A stretch of DNA of 64,000 bases, taken from the NCBI RefSeq assembly GCF_009914755.1, contig NC_060935.1; one strand, given 5' to 3'. Every line of letters begins with the position of its first letter. Positions within the stretch are counted from its first letter, which is position 1. Positions 13,083 to 32,100 of the stretch are shown here, in pieces. Source of the stretch: the human T2T-CHM13v2.0 reference genome, Homo sapiens. Under the pieces are notes generated by a model that was given only the letters and a program-made list of their open reading frames with translations, searched no databases and was not told where the DNA came from. Position numbers and translations under genes: made by a program.

Positions 13083-13500
13083 TGTCTCAGTCTGCTATCT
13101 GTTAGCTTTGACACAATACCTGAAACTGGGTAATTGATAAAGAAAAGGAATTCATTTCTTATAGTTATGGAGGTTGAGAAGTACAAGGTTGAGGGGCCAC
13201 ATCTGGTGAGGGCCTTGTTGCTGGTGGGGTCTCCCTGCAAAGTCCTGAGGTGGCACAGGGCAGCACATGGAGAAGGGTTTGTGTGTGCTTGTTCCTCTCC
13301 TTATAAAGCCACTAGTACCGCTCCCATGACAACCCATCAATCCATTAACCATTTCCTTAATCCGTCAATAGATTAATTCATCCATGAGGGCAGAGCTTTC
13401 ATAATCCAATCACCTCTTAATGACCCCCACCTCTCAATACTGCCTCATTGAGGATTAAGTTTCCATATGAGTTTTGGAGGGGACATTAAAACTGTAGACA
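13083..13500 (-). mobile_element. MST (MaLR) solo LTR
   Basis: TGTCTCAGTC...CTGGGTAATT...GGGCCACATCTGGTGAGGGCC...TTTGGAGGGGACA. Confidence 0.85.
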
Positions 13501-14566
13501 AGGGTTCAGTGATCCAGGTTGCAATTTTATGAGGATTATGTCTCTAATTAATAGGGTTCTGAGGACTTGAGTAGAAATGGTATCTTTATTTCCAGGAAAA
13601 TATCTAATTGGTCCTTGGAGCTGAGGAAAGATCAATCAATTTTCAGGTTTTCAGATCTTATATTGATTTCTGTACTGCAAAGTCATTCTTTGGAATCAAA
13701 AACCCTAGAGGATCTTAAAAGGCCCTTTGGAAACCCCTTAGACCTGGTGCCAGTTGTCTTAGGCGTACTTTTAAGCAGTAGTGAAACATGCTTAAGCAAT
13801 CGATGCCTAATTTGTCTTCAGCACCAACAAGTATTATTTACAGATAACCTCCAGTTAAATGAGAATGTAGTGACCAGGCTGCCTAAGGAGTCCAAGGACT
13901 GAGCAAAGACCACAGGTTAGTGAATGGTTCTTCCTTTTTCCCTCCTTTGCCTTGTGGTAAGTCTGGCAATGACTTGATTCTTTTGTCTTCGTCTCAGAAT
14001 TTCAAGATTTATTGCCCAAAAGACTGCTAAAAAATCCTTTTTCCTCTCTGTAGGAAGATAGAGATTCCAGGTTCCTGCAGGTCTTAAAGCAGGATAAGGA
14101 GAGGTTGTAGAGAAAGTTTATTTTTACTTCTGTCATGTATATTGAACAGGAAATGTCTACACAAGCCTTCTGGCTTTTATGTTCCTTCTCTGAGGTCCTA
14201 CTATGTATGGGGTAAAGTTAGATCATATGCAGTTGCCAGATCATATAGAGATCATGTTAGGAAAGTTGTTCTAGTGATTTGACCTCTGTTTATATGTTTT
14301 ACAAATAGTTACATGTAATTAAAATAGCTGTGAGGCCCATTCCAGTCTTATTCTTTTAGTTTATTTAAATGGAGAGGGAGTGAAGGAGGTCAATATAGAA
14401 GAATAAAGAACAAATGAAGGATGTTATGTGACAGCAATTAGATTTACTAGGGGGTTAGTTGAGAAATACTGGTGATGATTATTTTATTATATTTTGGTGG
14501 TGAATGTCTGCTCGAATTCCTGGTAAGCACTTCTAGAAGAAGCAGTGTTCAAGAAAGCTTCTTTCA

Positions 14567-14640
14567 GGGGGTTCTTGTTCAAGATGGCAGACAGAAGCAG
14601 CTAGTGTGTGCATCGCTTTCACTGAGAGGAAACAAAATGG
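14567..14640 (+). mobile_element. L1 5' terminus (first ~75 bp of an older primate L1 5' UTR), abruptly truncated
   Basis: GGGGG...CAAGATGGC (YY1-site-like L1 start) followed by GAAGCAGCTAGTGTGTG...GAGAGGAAAC. Confidence 0.7.
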
Positions 14641-14846
14641 GTTCAAGTGATTCTTGTGCCTCAGCCTCTGGAGTAGCTGGGACTGCAGGCACACGTCACC
14701 ATGCCTGGCTAATTTTTTTTGTTTTTAATAGAGACAGAGTTTCACTATGTTTTTGCCAGGCTGGTCTCAAACTCCTGACCTCAGGTCATCCGCCCAACTC
14801 GGCCTCCCAAAATGCTGGGATTACAGGTGTGAGCCACCGTGCTGGC
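14638..14846 (-). mobile_element. Alu lacking its 3' end
   Basis: Begins mid right arm (TGGGTTCAAGTGATTC) with no poly-T; left arm complete. Confidence 0.9.
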
Positions 14847-14859
14847 AAGAAGTGCCTGC

Positions 14860-15835
14860 CCTTTTAAGGCTGAATAGCCTTCCATTGTATGAATGAACTG
14901 CACTGCGCTTTTTCATTCATCTGTCCATGGAACCTTGGGTTGCTTCCACGTTTTTGGCTGTTGTGAAGAATGCTGCTATGAATATGGGTGTACAAATATC
15001 TCTTCCACTCCTGACTTCTAATTCTAGATGGTAGGTACCCACAAATGCAACTGCGGGATCATCTGATAATTCTGTTTCTAATTTTTCAAGTACACGCCAT
15101 ACTGTTTTCCCTGTTCCTGCACAGTTTTACATTCTGATCATGTTTGAGCATTCCTACTTCCCTCCAGTTTCACCATTGCTTGTTTGTTTATCATATCCAT
15201 CCTAATGTGTGGTATCACAGTTTTGGTTTGATTTGCACTTCCCTATGATTAGTGATTTTGAATACCATTTTATATGGTTATTGGCCATTGGTATATCTTT
15301 CTTAGGGAGATGTCTACTCAAGTCTTCTGACCATTGTTAATGGGATGCCTTAGGTTTCTTGTTGTTTAGTTCTAGCGGTTCTTTATATATTATGGATATC
15401 AGCCTCTTTTCAGATATATGGTTTGCAAATATTTTTCCTAATCCATGGATTATTTTTTCACTCAGTTCATGGTGTTTTTTGATGCATAAAAATATTTCTC
15501 ATTTAGCTGTAATCCAAGAAATCTAATTTTCTTTTGTTGCCTATGCTTTTGGTGTCATATCCCAGAAAGCATTCCCCACTCTGATGTCATAAAGGTTTTG
15601 CCAGCATTTTCTTTTAGGCATTTTATGGTTTTAGCTTTTGGGGTTAGGTCTTTGATCCAGTTTGTGTTAGTTTTTGCATCTCGTGTGACATAGGGTCCAC
15701 CTTCATTTTTCTGCATGTGGAAATCAAGTTTCTCCAACACCATTTGTTGAAAAGGCTGCATTTCCACCAATGAATTTTCTTGGCACTCATGTTAAAAATC
15801 ATTTGAACATGTATGTGAGAAGTAATTTCTGGGCT
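14860..15835 (-). mobile_element. Old L1M ORF2 3' region
   Basis: Reverse-strand L1 motifs; ORF track fragments such as [20 protein letters not shown]. Confidence 0.8.
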
Positions 15836-15878
15836 CAAGAACAAACAAACAACAGACAACAGGTAAAGATGTAGCGTG

Positions 15879-16212
<334 letters not shown>

Positions 16213-16529
16213 TCAAGAGTTCCAATCCAGCCTAAAAAACAAGAGTATAGAAGGGTGTAACTGGAGCAGAAAGAGAATAACTTAGAAACCACCATAATGA
16301 GAAAGTTAGGAATCTTCTTTCCAAGCCATCTGGAAATATGCAATAAATATTTGTGAACTAAAATTTCCATACTGTACTGTCAAACAATAGGACTCATTTG
16401 CTCCATCTTTTTGTATTTTATACCCAGTTATCAACTTCTCTTCATTCCCCATCGCACCCCTTTTCTTTCTAGCCTCTGCTAACCACCTTTATAATCTCCA
16501 CCTTCATGAGACTCCTTTTGTGTGTATGA

Positions 16530-16805
16530 GTTTGTTGGAGTCTCATTCTGTTGCCCAAGTTGGAGCAAGATCTTGGCTCACTGCAACCTCTGCCTTTTAG
16601 ATTCAAGCAATTCTCCTGCCTCAGTCTCCCAAGTAGCTGGGACTACAGGCATGCACCACCACCCCCAGGTAATTTTTATATTTTTAGTAGAGATGTGGTT
16701 TCACCATGTTTGCCAGGCTGGTCTCAAACTCGTGGCCTCAAGTGATCCATCCGACTTGGCCTCCCAAAGTGCTGGGATTACAGGCATGAGCCACCACACC
16801 TGGCC
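16530..16805 (-). mobile_element. Alu inserted in an L1M 3' fragment
   Basis: Reverse Alu consensus, with L1 3' UTR-like sequence on both sides. Confidence 0.9.
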
Positions 16806-18063
16806 AATATTTTCTTTTTTGTTCCTACATATAAGTGATGACATGTAATATTTGTCATTCTGCGCCTGGCTTATTTCACTTAATATACTGACCTGCAATC
16901 TCATCCATTTTTGCTGCAGTGGAGAGTATTTTATTCCTTTTTAGTCTGAATAATACTTTATTGTGTGTGTATACCACAGTGTCTTAATTGAAACAAATTT
17001 TTTAAAAACAAATATTTTAAAAATGTTTCGGAATGAGAAACTTTAGGAACACCGTGACCATTTTATTTTCTATTTCCCATTTTATGTATGTACAAGTGTG
17101 AAATAAAGCAGCAATCAGTGTGTGTATAAATCTATCGCTTCAACAAATGTAAAATGAAAATGCTAAGTGGTAAGACAAAAGAGCATAATAAAAATTTTTT
17201 ATAGTGTTGAAGGACAATGCATTTGAAGATAACATTTGAAGAAATTATATTACAATTAAGTTCTATTCTTACTCATCAGAGCTTGATCCCTCTAGGAACT
17301 TCATCATTGGAACCATCTCTTTTGCTTAAAAAAAAAAAAAATCCTCATACCCACACAGGTACATGTAAATCAGAATCTTAGGTAATGAGACTCAGGCCTC
17401 ATCATTTGTAAGCTACCCAGGTGATTTCAATCAAAGCCAAGATTGAAGACCAGTGACATGGATCTCTATACATAACCTGCCTAAATAGATTCCCTAGAAG
17501 CAGCTTATAAAGGAATTCCACATGAACTGTGGGAAAGGATGTGAATTTGATGTACAGGATTCCTCACTTAACATCTTTGACAGTCTCTTGAAAACTGCAC
17601 CTTTAAGCAAAATTATGTATAGTGAAACCAATTTATTTCTCATCAACATTATAACTAGACAACTTTGAACAAACCAATGGTGTTGGAGGACCTGCTGTAC
17701 ATTGTTTCCATAAAGTCAATTTTCAGGGAATTACAAAATGAAGTGAGGACTTCCTGTATATAAAAAGATGGTTGTGATTCCACCTGGACGACAGGGTTAT
17801 TGTTCAGAAACTAAAGGAGGCCGCCTAGGTATAGAGGATTCAGTCATGAGGTTTATGCTATACAAAGGATCCCAGAATACTCACCCATTCCAGTTAAAGG
17901 CATAACAAAGAAAGCAATATTCACATAGGAAATGTGGAAAGGAATATAAGCCATCAAGCAACAAAAGTAATGTGACAAAGGGGGCAGGATTTGCAGATGT
18001 AGAGATTTAATGTGGTTGCCCTTTCTAACCCACACAAGAAAAAGGATGAAACAGATCATGAGA

Positions 18064-18988
18064 TTAGACTTTCCTCCTGCACAGCCTCCACAGGGCACTT
18101 TGAATGCCCCTGTTTCTCAGGCTGCAGATGAAGGGGTTCAGCATGGGGGTGACCATAGCGTACAACACTGATGCCACCACACCATTCCTGGGGGCTGGTG
18201 ACACAGCTGAAGTCAGGTACATGCCAATGCCTGTTCCATAAAATAAGCAAACAATTGCCAGGTGAGAGCCACAGGTGGAGAAGGCTTTATACTTCCCATC
18301 TGACAATGGAATTCTTAGAATGGAGGGCACAATTTTATAGTAAGACAAAAGGATCCCTGAAATGGGAAGAAAACCAAATATAGTACTATCTAAATGTATG
18401 AATATGTTACTGATGACAGTCAGAACAGGCAAGGTTGAGAAGTTGAGATCAGTCACAGAAAAAATTAGAGATTTCCACATTCTTGAAGCAGGTGAATTGT
18501 AACAATCCAGTTGTGCAGCTAGGAATCCAACAGGCTAAGGAAAAAGACATCAACACTAAGAAGACACAGAGGTGAGGATTCATGATGACTGGGTAGTGCA
18601 GGGGGTGACAGATGGCCACAAATCAGTCATAGGCCATCACAGTCAGGAGCATGTCATCTATACATACAAAAAGGACAAAGAAAGGTATCTGTGTCAGACA
18701 GCCTGCATGGGAGATGACTCTGCTATGTGATTGCATGTCTACAATCATCTTGGGGACCGTGGCCAAGGTGAAACCAATGTCAGGCAAGGACAGGTTGGAG
18801 AGGAAGAAGTACATGGGGATGTGGAGGTGGGAGTCAGGGCTGACGGCCAGGATGATGAGCAGGTTCCCCAGCATCGTGACCAGGCACATGGATAGGAACA
18901 GCCCAGCAAGGAGTGGCTGCAGTTCTGGATCCTCTGAGAGTCCCAGGAGGAGGAATTCTGAGACACCTGTGAGATTCTGTGGCTCTGT
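18064..18988 (-). pseudogene. OR7E41P: Olfactory receptor family 7E pseudogene
   Basis: [50 protein letters not shown] (TGA at 18623-18625 in place of R), KAFSTCGSHL, PMLNPFICSLRN. ACA occupies the start-codon position; further stops and frameshifts at 18420-18545. The symbol is inferred from its position next to CALCA. Confidence 0.9.
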
Positions 18989-19639
18989 GTGACTTGGACA
19001 CCTTGAGAAGAAAAAAGGATTGGAAAAAATAAAAGATAAAAACCAGGACTTAATGTTGTGTGTATATTTCGGATACAAGCAATTCACAAGGAACATTTTC
19101 ACACTTGAGGACCATACACCCTCAGCAATATTTCTCAGTTGTGACAAACCCAAAAATCTCAGAATTATTACATGATTTACTTTTTTGCTATTCAACTCTT
19201 TCTGTGCATACCTACTTTAGAGAAAATCCACTGGAGAATGTTAGAAGACCAAAACCTAATATATAACAAATCTAAGATCTCAGTAAAATATGGCCTACTC
19301 TTTTCAGAAAAAATAAAAAATGTTCTTCTCTCTCTAGGAAAACAAACTCAGTCTAATTTAAAAATTAAGAAGCAGTGAAATACACTTTATTTTATTCTGA
19401 CACTGTGCAACAAATTCCTTTGATGTAGAATATTTATAAGCACTATACAAGAGCTAGGATCACGTTATCTAAAAATGAAATCGAACCTTATAGTTCTTAA
19501 TCAAAAGACCTTTTTACATGCCAGTTACTTTTCATATTTATTATCATCCTTAGGTTTTCTGACATAATTTCTTCATAAAAGTAAATGCACACTCAAACAT
19601 GGGAGCTATGTTTCCAGATTTATTTAATATATAACTCTC

Positions 19640-19860
19640 TGCCAAGCACGTTGGCTCACACCTGTATTCCCAGCACTTTGGAAGGCCGAGGCTGGTGGAT
19701 CACCTGAGGTCAGAAGTTCCAGACCAGCCTGACCAGCATGGTGATACCCCATCTCTACTGAAAATACGAAATTAGCCAGGTGTGGTGGTGGGCATCTGTA
19801 ATCCCAGCCACTCAGGAGGCTGAAGCAGGAGAATCCCTTAGAACCTGGGATGTAGAAGTT
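19640..19860 (+). mobile_element. Alu truncated at its 3' end by the satellite
   Basis: Alu reads to ...GAACCTGGGATGTAGAAGTTG and then runs directly into satellite units. Confidence 0.9.
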
Positions 19861-21210
19861 GTACACCCTGTGATATTATTTTTGATATCCTAGGGAGATA
19901 TTGCTTCTAATGTCATAGTGGGCATACACCCTGTGATATTATTTGTAATATCCTACAAAGATACTACTGCTAATATCACAGTGGGTGTATACCCTGTGAT
20001 ATTATTCATAATATTTTACTGAGATATTACTCCTGATATCACAGTGAGTGTACACCATGTTTGTACACTTGGTGATATTATTCACAATAACCTAAAAATT
20101 ACTTTAATATCACAGTGGGTGTACACCCTGTGATATTATTTGTAATATCCTAGGAAGATATTGCTCCTAATATCACAGTGGTTGTACATCCTGTGATATT
20201 ATTCATAATAACCCAGGGAATTATTACTCCTAATATCACAGTGGGTGTACGCTCTGTGATATTATTCATAATATCCTAGAGAAATATTTTTCCCAATATC
20301 ACAGTGGATGTACACACTTTTATATGAAAAGTAATATCCTAGGGAGATATTACTCCTAATATCACAGTGGGTGTGCACCATAAATGAACACCCTGTGATG
20401 TTATTTGTAATATTCTAGGGAGAAATTACTCCTAATATGACAGTGATAGTTTGTTGTTATTCATAATATCCAAGGGAGATATTGCACCTGTCACAGTGGG
20501 TGTAAACCATGTGTGTACATTCTGTGATGTTATTCGTAATGTTTTAGAAAGTTATTGTTCCTAATGCCACAGAGGGTGTATACCATGTGTGTGTACTCTG
20601 AGAGGTTATTCATAATATCCTAGGGATATATTTCTCCTAATATCACAGTGGGTGTATATCATATGTGTACACCCTGTACTATTATTTGTTATATCCTGTG
20701 CAGATATTACTCCTAATATCATAGTGGGTGCACACCATGGGTGTAAAATCTGTGATGTTATTCATAGTGTCCTAGGGAGATATTACTCCTAATGTCATAG
20801 TGGGTGTACAGCCTGTGACATTATTCATAATATCCTGGGGTGGTATTATTCCTATTATCACAGTGGGTGTACACCCTGTGATATTATTTATGATATTCTA
20901 GGGGATATTATGGTATACACTGCGATATTTTTGTATTATTTTAGGGAGATAGTTCTTCTAAAGTCACAGTGGGTTTACACCATGTGTATTTGTAATATTC
21001 TAGGGAGATATTACTCCTAATATCACTGTGAGTGTACACCCTGCGATGTTATTTGTAACGTTTTAGGGAGATATTACTTCTAAAGTCACAGTGGGTGTAA
21101 GATATTCTTCTTAATATTTTAGGGAGATATTACCTCTAATATCACAGTGGGTGTACACCCTGTGATATTCCTCATAATATCCTATGGATACATTACTCCT
21201 AATATATCAC
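19861..21210. repeat. SATR1-type satellite (~63-bp units)
   Basis: Tandem CCCTGTGATATTATTCRTAATATCCTAGGGAGATATTACTCCTAATATCACAGTGGGTGTACA. Confidence 0.85.
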
Positions 21211-23872
21211 CTAGTAGTGATATTGTTCATAATGTCCAGGAAGGGAGAGAATTATATTACACCACAATATTGCAGGGGTTGGGGAAGAATGATATTACAC
21301 ACAATATCACGTGGGATGTACACCTCCCCTGTGATATTGTTTCTCATATCCATGGGGTGAGAGGGTGATATTACTCCAAATATCGCTGGGGTTGTACACA
21401 CTCCCTGTGATATTGTTGCTAATATCCAGGAGGGAGAGGATGATATTACTTCCAATATCATAGGAGGTGTACAACCCCCTGTGATATTGTTCCTAATATC
21501 CAAGGGGGAGAGGATGATATTATTTCCAATATCGTGGAGGGTGTCCATGATATGGTTCGTAATATCCTAGGGGGCAGAAGGGGGTGACATTACTCCCCGC
21601 ATCGCGGGGGGTGTCCATCCCCCTGTGATATGGTTCGTAATATCCAGGGCGGGAGAGGGGGGTGATATTACTCCCCATATCGTGGGGGGGGTCCACTCCC
21701 TTGTGATATGGTTCGTAATATCGGGGGGGAGAGGGGCGTGATATTACTCCCCATATCGCAAAGTGTGTCCACCTCCCTGTGATATGGTTCATAATATCCA
21801 GGGCAGGAGAGGGGGGTGATATTAATCCCCATATCGCAAGAAGTTTACACCAACCCCTGTGATATTGCTTCTAATATATAGGGAGGGAAAGGATTATATT
21901 ACTCCCAATATCGAAGGGTGTGTACACCCCCACCCCCCCGTGGTGTTGTTTATAATATCCAGGGAACGAGAGGATGATGTTACTCCCGAAATTGCAGAGG
22001 GTGTACTCTACCCCTGTGATATTGTTCCTAATATTCATGGGAGAATGGATGATACTACTTCCAATATTGCAGGGGTTGTACACCCCCCTGTGATATTGTT
22101 CGTAATATAAAGGGAGGGAGAGGATGACATTACATTCAATATCGCGAGGGGTGTACGCCCCGTCCGTGTTATTGTTCCTAATATCCAGGTGGGGAGAAGA
22201 AGATATTACTCCGAATATCGCAGTGTTGTACATTTCCTGTGTGTTATATTTTCTAAAATACAGGGAGAGAGAGGAGAGGATTACCTCCAATTTGGCAGGT
22301 AATTTACACTCCCCGTAATATTGTTCCTAATATCGAGGGGGGAGATGATAATATTATCCTAAGTATTGCAGAGGGTCTACACCATCTCTGTGATATTATT
22401 CCTAATTTCCAGGGGGAGAGAGTATGATATTACTCCCAATATCGTAAAAGTGTACACCTCTGCTGTGATATTGTTCCTAATATCTGGGGGATGGGGCGAG
22501 TATGATATTACTCCCAATATGGCAGTGGGTGTACATTCCCCCTTGTTATTGTTTCTAATATACAAGAGGGAGAGGATAGTATTTTTCCCAATTTGGCAGG
22601 TACTTTACACCGTCCTTGTAATATTGTTCCTAATATCGAGGGGAGAAGACAATAATATTACCCTAAATATTGCAGGGGTGTACACCACCCCTGTGATATT
22701 GTTCCTAATTTCCAGGGGGAGAAAGGATGATATTACTCCCAATATCGTAAAAGTGTACAAACCCCTATGATATTGTTTCAAATATTCAGGGAGGGCAAGT
22801 ATGATCTTCCTCCCAATCTAGAAGGGGGAATACATCCCCCAGTAATATGGTTCCTAATATCCAGTGGGGGAGGGGATGACATTACTCCCAATATCGCAGG
22901 AGGTGTACACCCCTCTGTCATATTGTTCATAATGTTCAAAGGGAAAGATAATATTACTCGAAATATTGTTAATGCCTTGTGTCTCCAGCCGCCTGTGATA
23001 TGGTTCGTAATATCCAGCAGGGGAGAGTGTGGTGATATTACTCCCCATATTGTGGGGGATGTCCGTCCCCCGTGACATGATTTGTAATATCCAGGTGGGG
23101 AGAGGGGCATATTCCTCCCCATATCGCAGGGGTGTCCACCCCCCTGTGACATGGTTCGTAATATCCAGATGGTGGAGAGGGGGGTGATATTACTCCCCAT
23201 ATCGCAAGGGGTGTCCACCCCCCTGTGACACGGTTCATAAAAACCAGGGCGGGAGAGAAAGGTGATATTACTCCCCATATAGTGGGTGGTATCCACCCCC
23301 CTGTGACATGGATCATAATACCCTGGGGGAGGGGGGTGATAGTGCTCCCCATATTGTGGGGGTTGTTCACCCCCCTGTGACACAGTTTGTAATATCTGGT
23401 GGCAGAGAGTGAGGTGATATTACTCCCCCATCTTGGGGGGTGTCCACCCCCCTGTGACATGGTTCGTAATATCCAGGTGGTGAGAGTGGGGTGATATTAC
23501 TCTGCATATCACAGAGGATTTTTCCCCCACTGTGACATGGTTCATAATATCCAGTTGGGGGAGAGGGGGGTGATTTTACTCCCCATATTGCAAAGGGTGT
23601 CCACCCCCCATGACATGGTTCATAATATCCAGGGGGGAGAGGAGTGTGATATTACTCCCCATATCGTTGGGGGTGTTTAACCGCCTGTGACATGGTTCAT
23701 AATATCCACTGCGGGGAAAGGGGTGTGATATTACTCCTCATATTGTGGGGGATGTCCACCTCCCTATGACATGGTTTGTAATATCCAGTGGGGGAAGAGG
23801 GGGGTGATAATACTCCCCATATCATGGGGGGTGTCCACGCCTCGTGACATGGTTTGTAATATCGAGCGGGGG
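21211..23872. repeat. SATR2-type satellite (~70-75-bp G-rich units)
   Basis: Tandem CCTGTGATATTGTTCCTAATATCCAGGG...GGATGATATTACTCCCAATATCGCAGGGGGTGTACAC and a variant GACATGGTTCGTAATATC/GTGTCCAC. Confidence 0.85.
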
Positions 23873-28672
<4,800 letters not shown>

Positions 28673-29184
28673 AAGAAAGATTCCAAGCATACATTTACCT
28701 ATACAAAATCAGACAAAAAACACTGATACATAGGTGGTAGGCAAGTAGATAAATAAGAATAGTTTTATAATTAAGTTTCATGCTATACATGCCTTTTAAA
28801 TGTACTTCATTAATTATATTTGAATTCAATAGAATAAAATAAGCTTAAGGAACTGCTGAATTGTAAGTAAATATTTAATAACAGGATCATACAATTTATC
28901 ATGAATTAAAGCTGTACTTTGCATTTTTTAGTGCATATGTCTTCTTTAGACAGTAAGAATATTTTCCCTGCTATAAAAATACTTTCTCATACCTTCTCAT
29001 TTTTCTTAGTCATAAAATTATTTTATTTTGTCAGAGCATATAGTACTTTTTACAGTAGGAAAACAGGAATGAATTAACACAAAATTTGAATGAAACTTAA
29101 AACAAAGCCTTGCATAAAACGTATCACATTATTTCAGGAGTATGATTCTGGGAATCAGATATTATATGTTACCTTGCAATTTTT

Positions 29185-32100
29185 TCCAAGTTACAATTTA
29201 TATACTATCAGATACACCCATTTTAAGAGCACTCACAGTTTGATTAATTTTGACAAATGTGTATACACATGTAATCACCACCATATTTAAGATGTAGAAT
29301 ATTTTTATCACCCCAAAAGTTTCCCTTCTTCCCCTTCCCAGCCAATCACCCTTTTCCTCACCCATACTTCCACTGATCTGCTGTGATTGTAGATTAGATT
29401 AGTTTTCTAGAGTTTCCAATAATCGTAACCATACATTATATACTCTTTTATCTGCATTCTTTTTGGAACCTATCCATGTTGTGTATATCAGTAGTTTGTT
29501 TCTTTTTACTTCTGAGTAATAGTTCATTGTATGAATGTACCACATTGTGTTTATTCACTTGATGGACATTTTGGCTGTTTGTAGTTTTTGTCTTTCATAA
29601 AAAAAAATCTGTGAACAATCTTGTACATATTGTTTTGTGGAAATATGTTTTTATTTTTCTTGGGTAAATACCTAGAAGTGTCATTGCTGTATTACATGAT
29701 AAGCATATGTTTAATTTTATAAGCTGCCAAACCATTTACCAAAATGATTGTAACAATTTACATTCCCGTCAATTATTTATGACAATTCCACTTGTTCCAC
29801 ATTCTCCTCAACACTTAGCATTGTCAGCTTTTAAAATTTTTAGCCATTCTACTAGTGGTGTATTTGTATCTCACTGTGGTTTTGATTTGCATTTTCCTGA
29901 TGACTAATAATCTTAGCATCTTTTGATGTGTGTATTGACCATTTGTGTATCTTCTTTTGTGGAATGTTTGTCAAAACCTTCCGCCTGTCTTTTAACTGAG
30001 TGGATGTCTTCTAACATTGAGTCATAAGAGTTCTTATAAATTGTGAGACTTATACATATCTGATATATATTTAGATATCAGTTTTTGTCAGATGTATGTA
30101 TTATGAATATTTTCTCCCAGCCTGTGGCATTTCTTTAAAAAGCAGGAGGTTTTAGTTTTATGCAGTCCAATGTTTCATGCTTTTTGTTTCCTATGTAAAG
30201 AAATCCTTACCAACTCCAGGGTCACAAAGATTTTCTCCTGCGCTTTCTTCTCTAAGTTTTATAGTTTTAGCTTTTATGCTTAGGTCTATGGTCCTTTTCA
30301 AGTTAATGTTTTGGTATGGTGTGGGATCAAGATTTCTTTTTTTTTTTAATCTTACATGAATATTCAGTTGTTGCAGTACCATTTGTTAAAAAGATTATCC
30401 TCTTCTCATTGAATTGGCTTGGAACTTTTGTCAAAATCAGTTGACCACATGCATATATTTCTATTTCTGAACTCTTCTGTTGCATTGATCTGTATATTTA
30501 TCCTTATTCCATTACCACACTGTCTTAATTACTGTAGTTTACATTAAGTCTTGAAAACAAGTAGTGTGAGTTCTCCTGATTTATTCTTTTTCAAAATGGT
30601 TTTGGCTATTGTAGGTCCTTTACATTTTGATTTATTACTATTTCTCACAGGTTTTTTTTTTGTAGATTTCTCCAAATTTGGTACTTACATTGTATCACCA
30701 TCTGTGAATGAAAGCAGTTTTATATCTTTCTCTCCAATATGTATAACTTGTGTTTATTTTTCTTATCTTATTGCATTGACTTTGACATCCAGTACAATGT
30801 TAAATAAACATGATGGTTGTAAACATTTTTGCTTTGTTTACAATCTTTGGGGGAAAGCATTCATTTATTCACAAGTAAATGTGATGTCAACTTCAGGGTA
30901 TTTATAGATTGTTTTGATCAAATTCCTTCTATTCTATAAAAACTGAGACTTTTTACCATAAATTTGACTATGTCAAATGTATTTTCTACACCTATTAAGA
31001 TGTTCTATTTTTATTTTTTTAATGTTATTTTGTTGAATTGCATTGATTGATTTGAAATATTAAACAAACTTTGCATATCTGGGATAAATTCCACTTGTTC
31101 AAGATACATAATACTTTGTACATATTATTTGATGCAATTTGTTACTATTATAGTATTAAGGATTTATTTTGTCTATGTAGATGATGGATATTAAATTAAC
31201 CCGTAGTTTCTTTTTCCTATAACATTTTCATCTTTTTTCTTTAAATCAGGGTAATGCTAGCTTCAGAAAGTGAGTTGGGATGGGTATCTCATTCTTAATC
31301 CTCTAAGTGATTTTGTGTAATTTTCACTTCATATACTTCATTTTTCTTCTCTTGCAGTTCCACTCAGTTTCATTTTTTAAATCTTCCATTTTTCTCCTCA
31401 TTACATTCATGTTTTTATTTAAATTCTTAAGCATATTAAACACATTTTTAAAGTGATTTTTATCTTTCTTGCTACTAATTCCACCTTATTATTTCTGTAT
31501 CTGTTTCTATGGAATTATTTTTTTCTTTGGGTACATTTTCTTCTATTTTTGCATATCTATCAATTTTTGATTGAATGTTAAACATTGTAAACATTTTATT
31601 GTTAAGTGCTGGATTTTGTTGTATTTCTTTAAAGGAAATTAATTTTGTTCCGGCAAGAAATTCAACTACTTGTGATTCAGTTTGATCTTTTCTAGGCTTG
31701 TTTTAAAACTTTTTTTGCGTTTTGAGGGTGTGTTTAAAGTCACTGTTCCTGTAGTACCAGTTTAGCTCCGGATAGGCTTCTTGTGGCGTCTCTAGTAAAT
31801 TTCATATGCATTTAACTATATCATTCTGCCCTGGCTGGAAGGAACTTGAATAATTCTGGCTCTGAATAAGCTATGGATATTATTTGGCTTCTACTTCCTG
31901 GTAATTTTTCTTTTTCTACATGTTGTTATTTGTACAGTCTTGTTAAATTTTATGCTATTCATGGACAGATTATTATTCAGTCAAAGACTCAAAGGGACTC
32001 CCATTCAATTACCCAGAGCCCTTTTTTCTAAATAGTCATCCTCTCTGCAATATTCTACCTTGCAAAATCTAGTTGCCTGGGCCACCCTAAACTCTAATCT

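Noticed and set aside
19861-23872. CRISPR-like appearance and 100-200 aa ORFs in the satellite
   Set aside because: Spacers are homologous rather than unique, there are no cas genes, and the context is mammalian. The ORFs are translations of the repeat unit.
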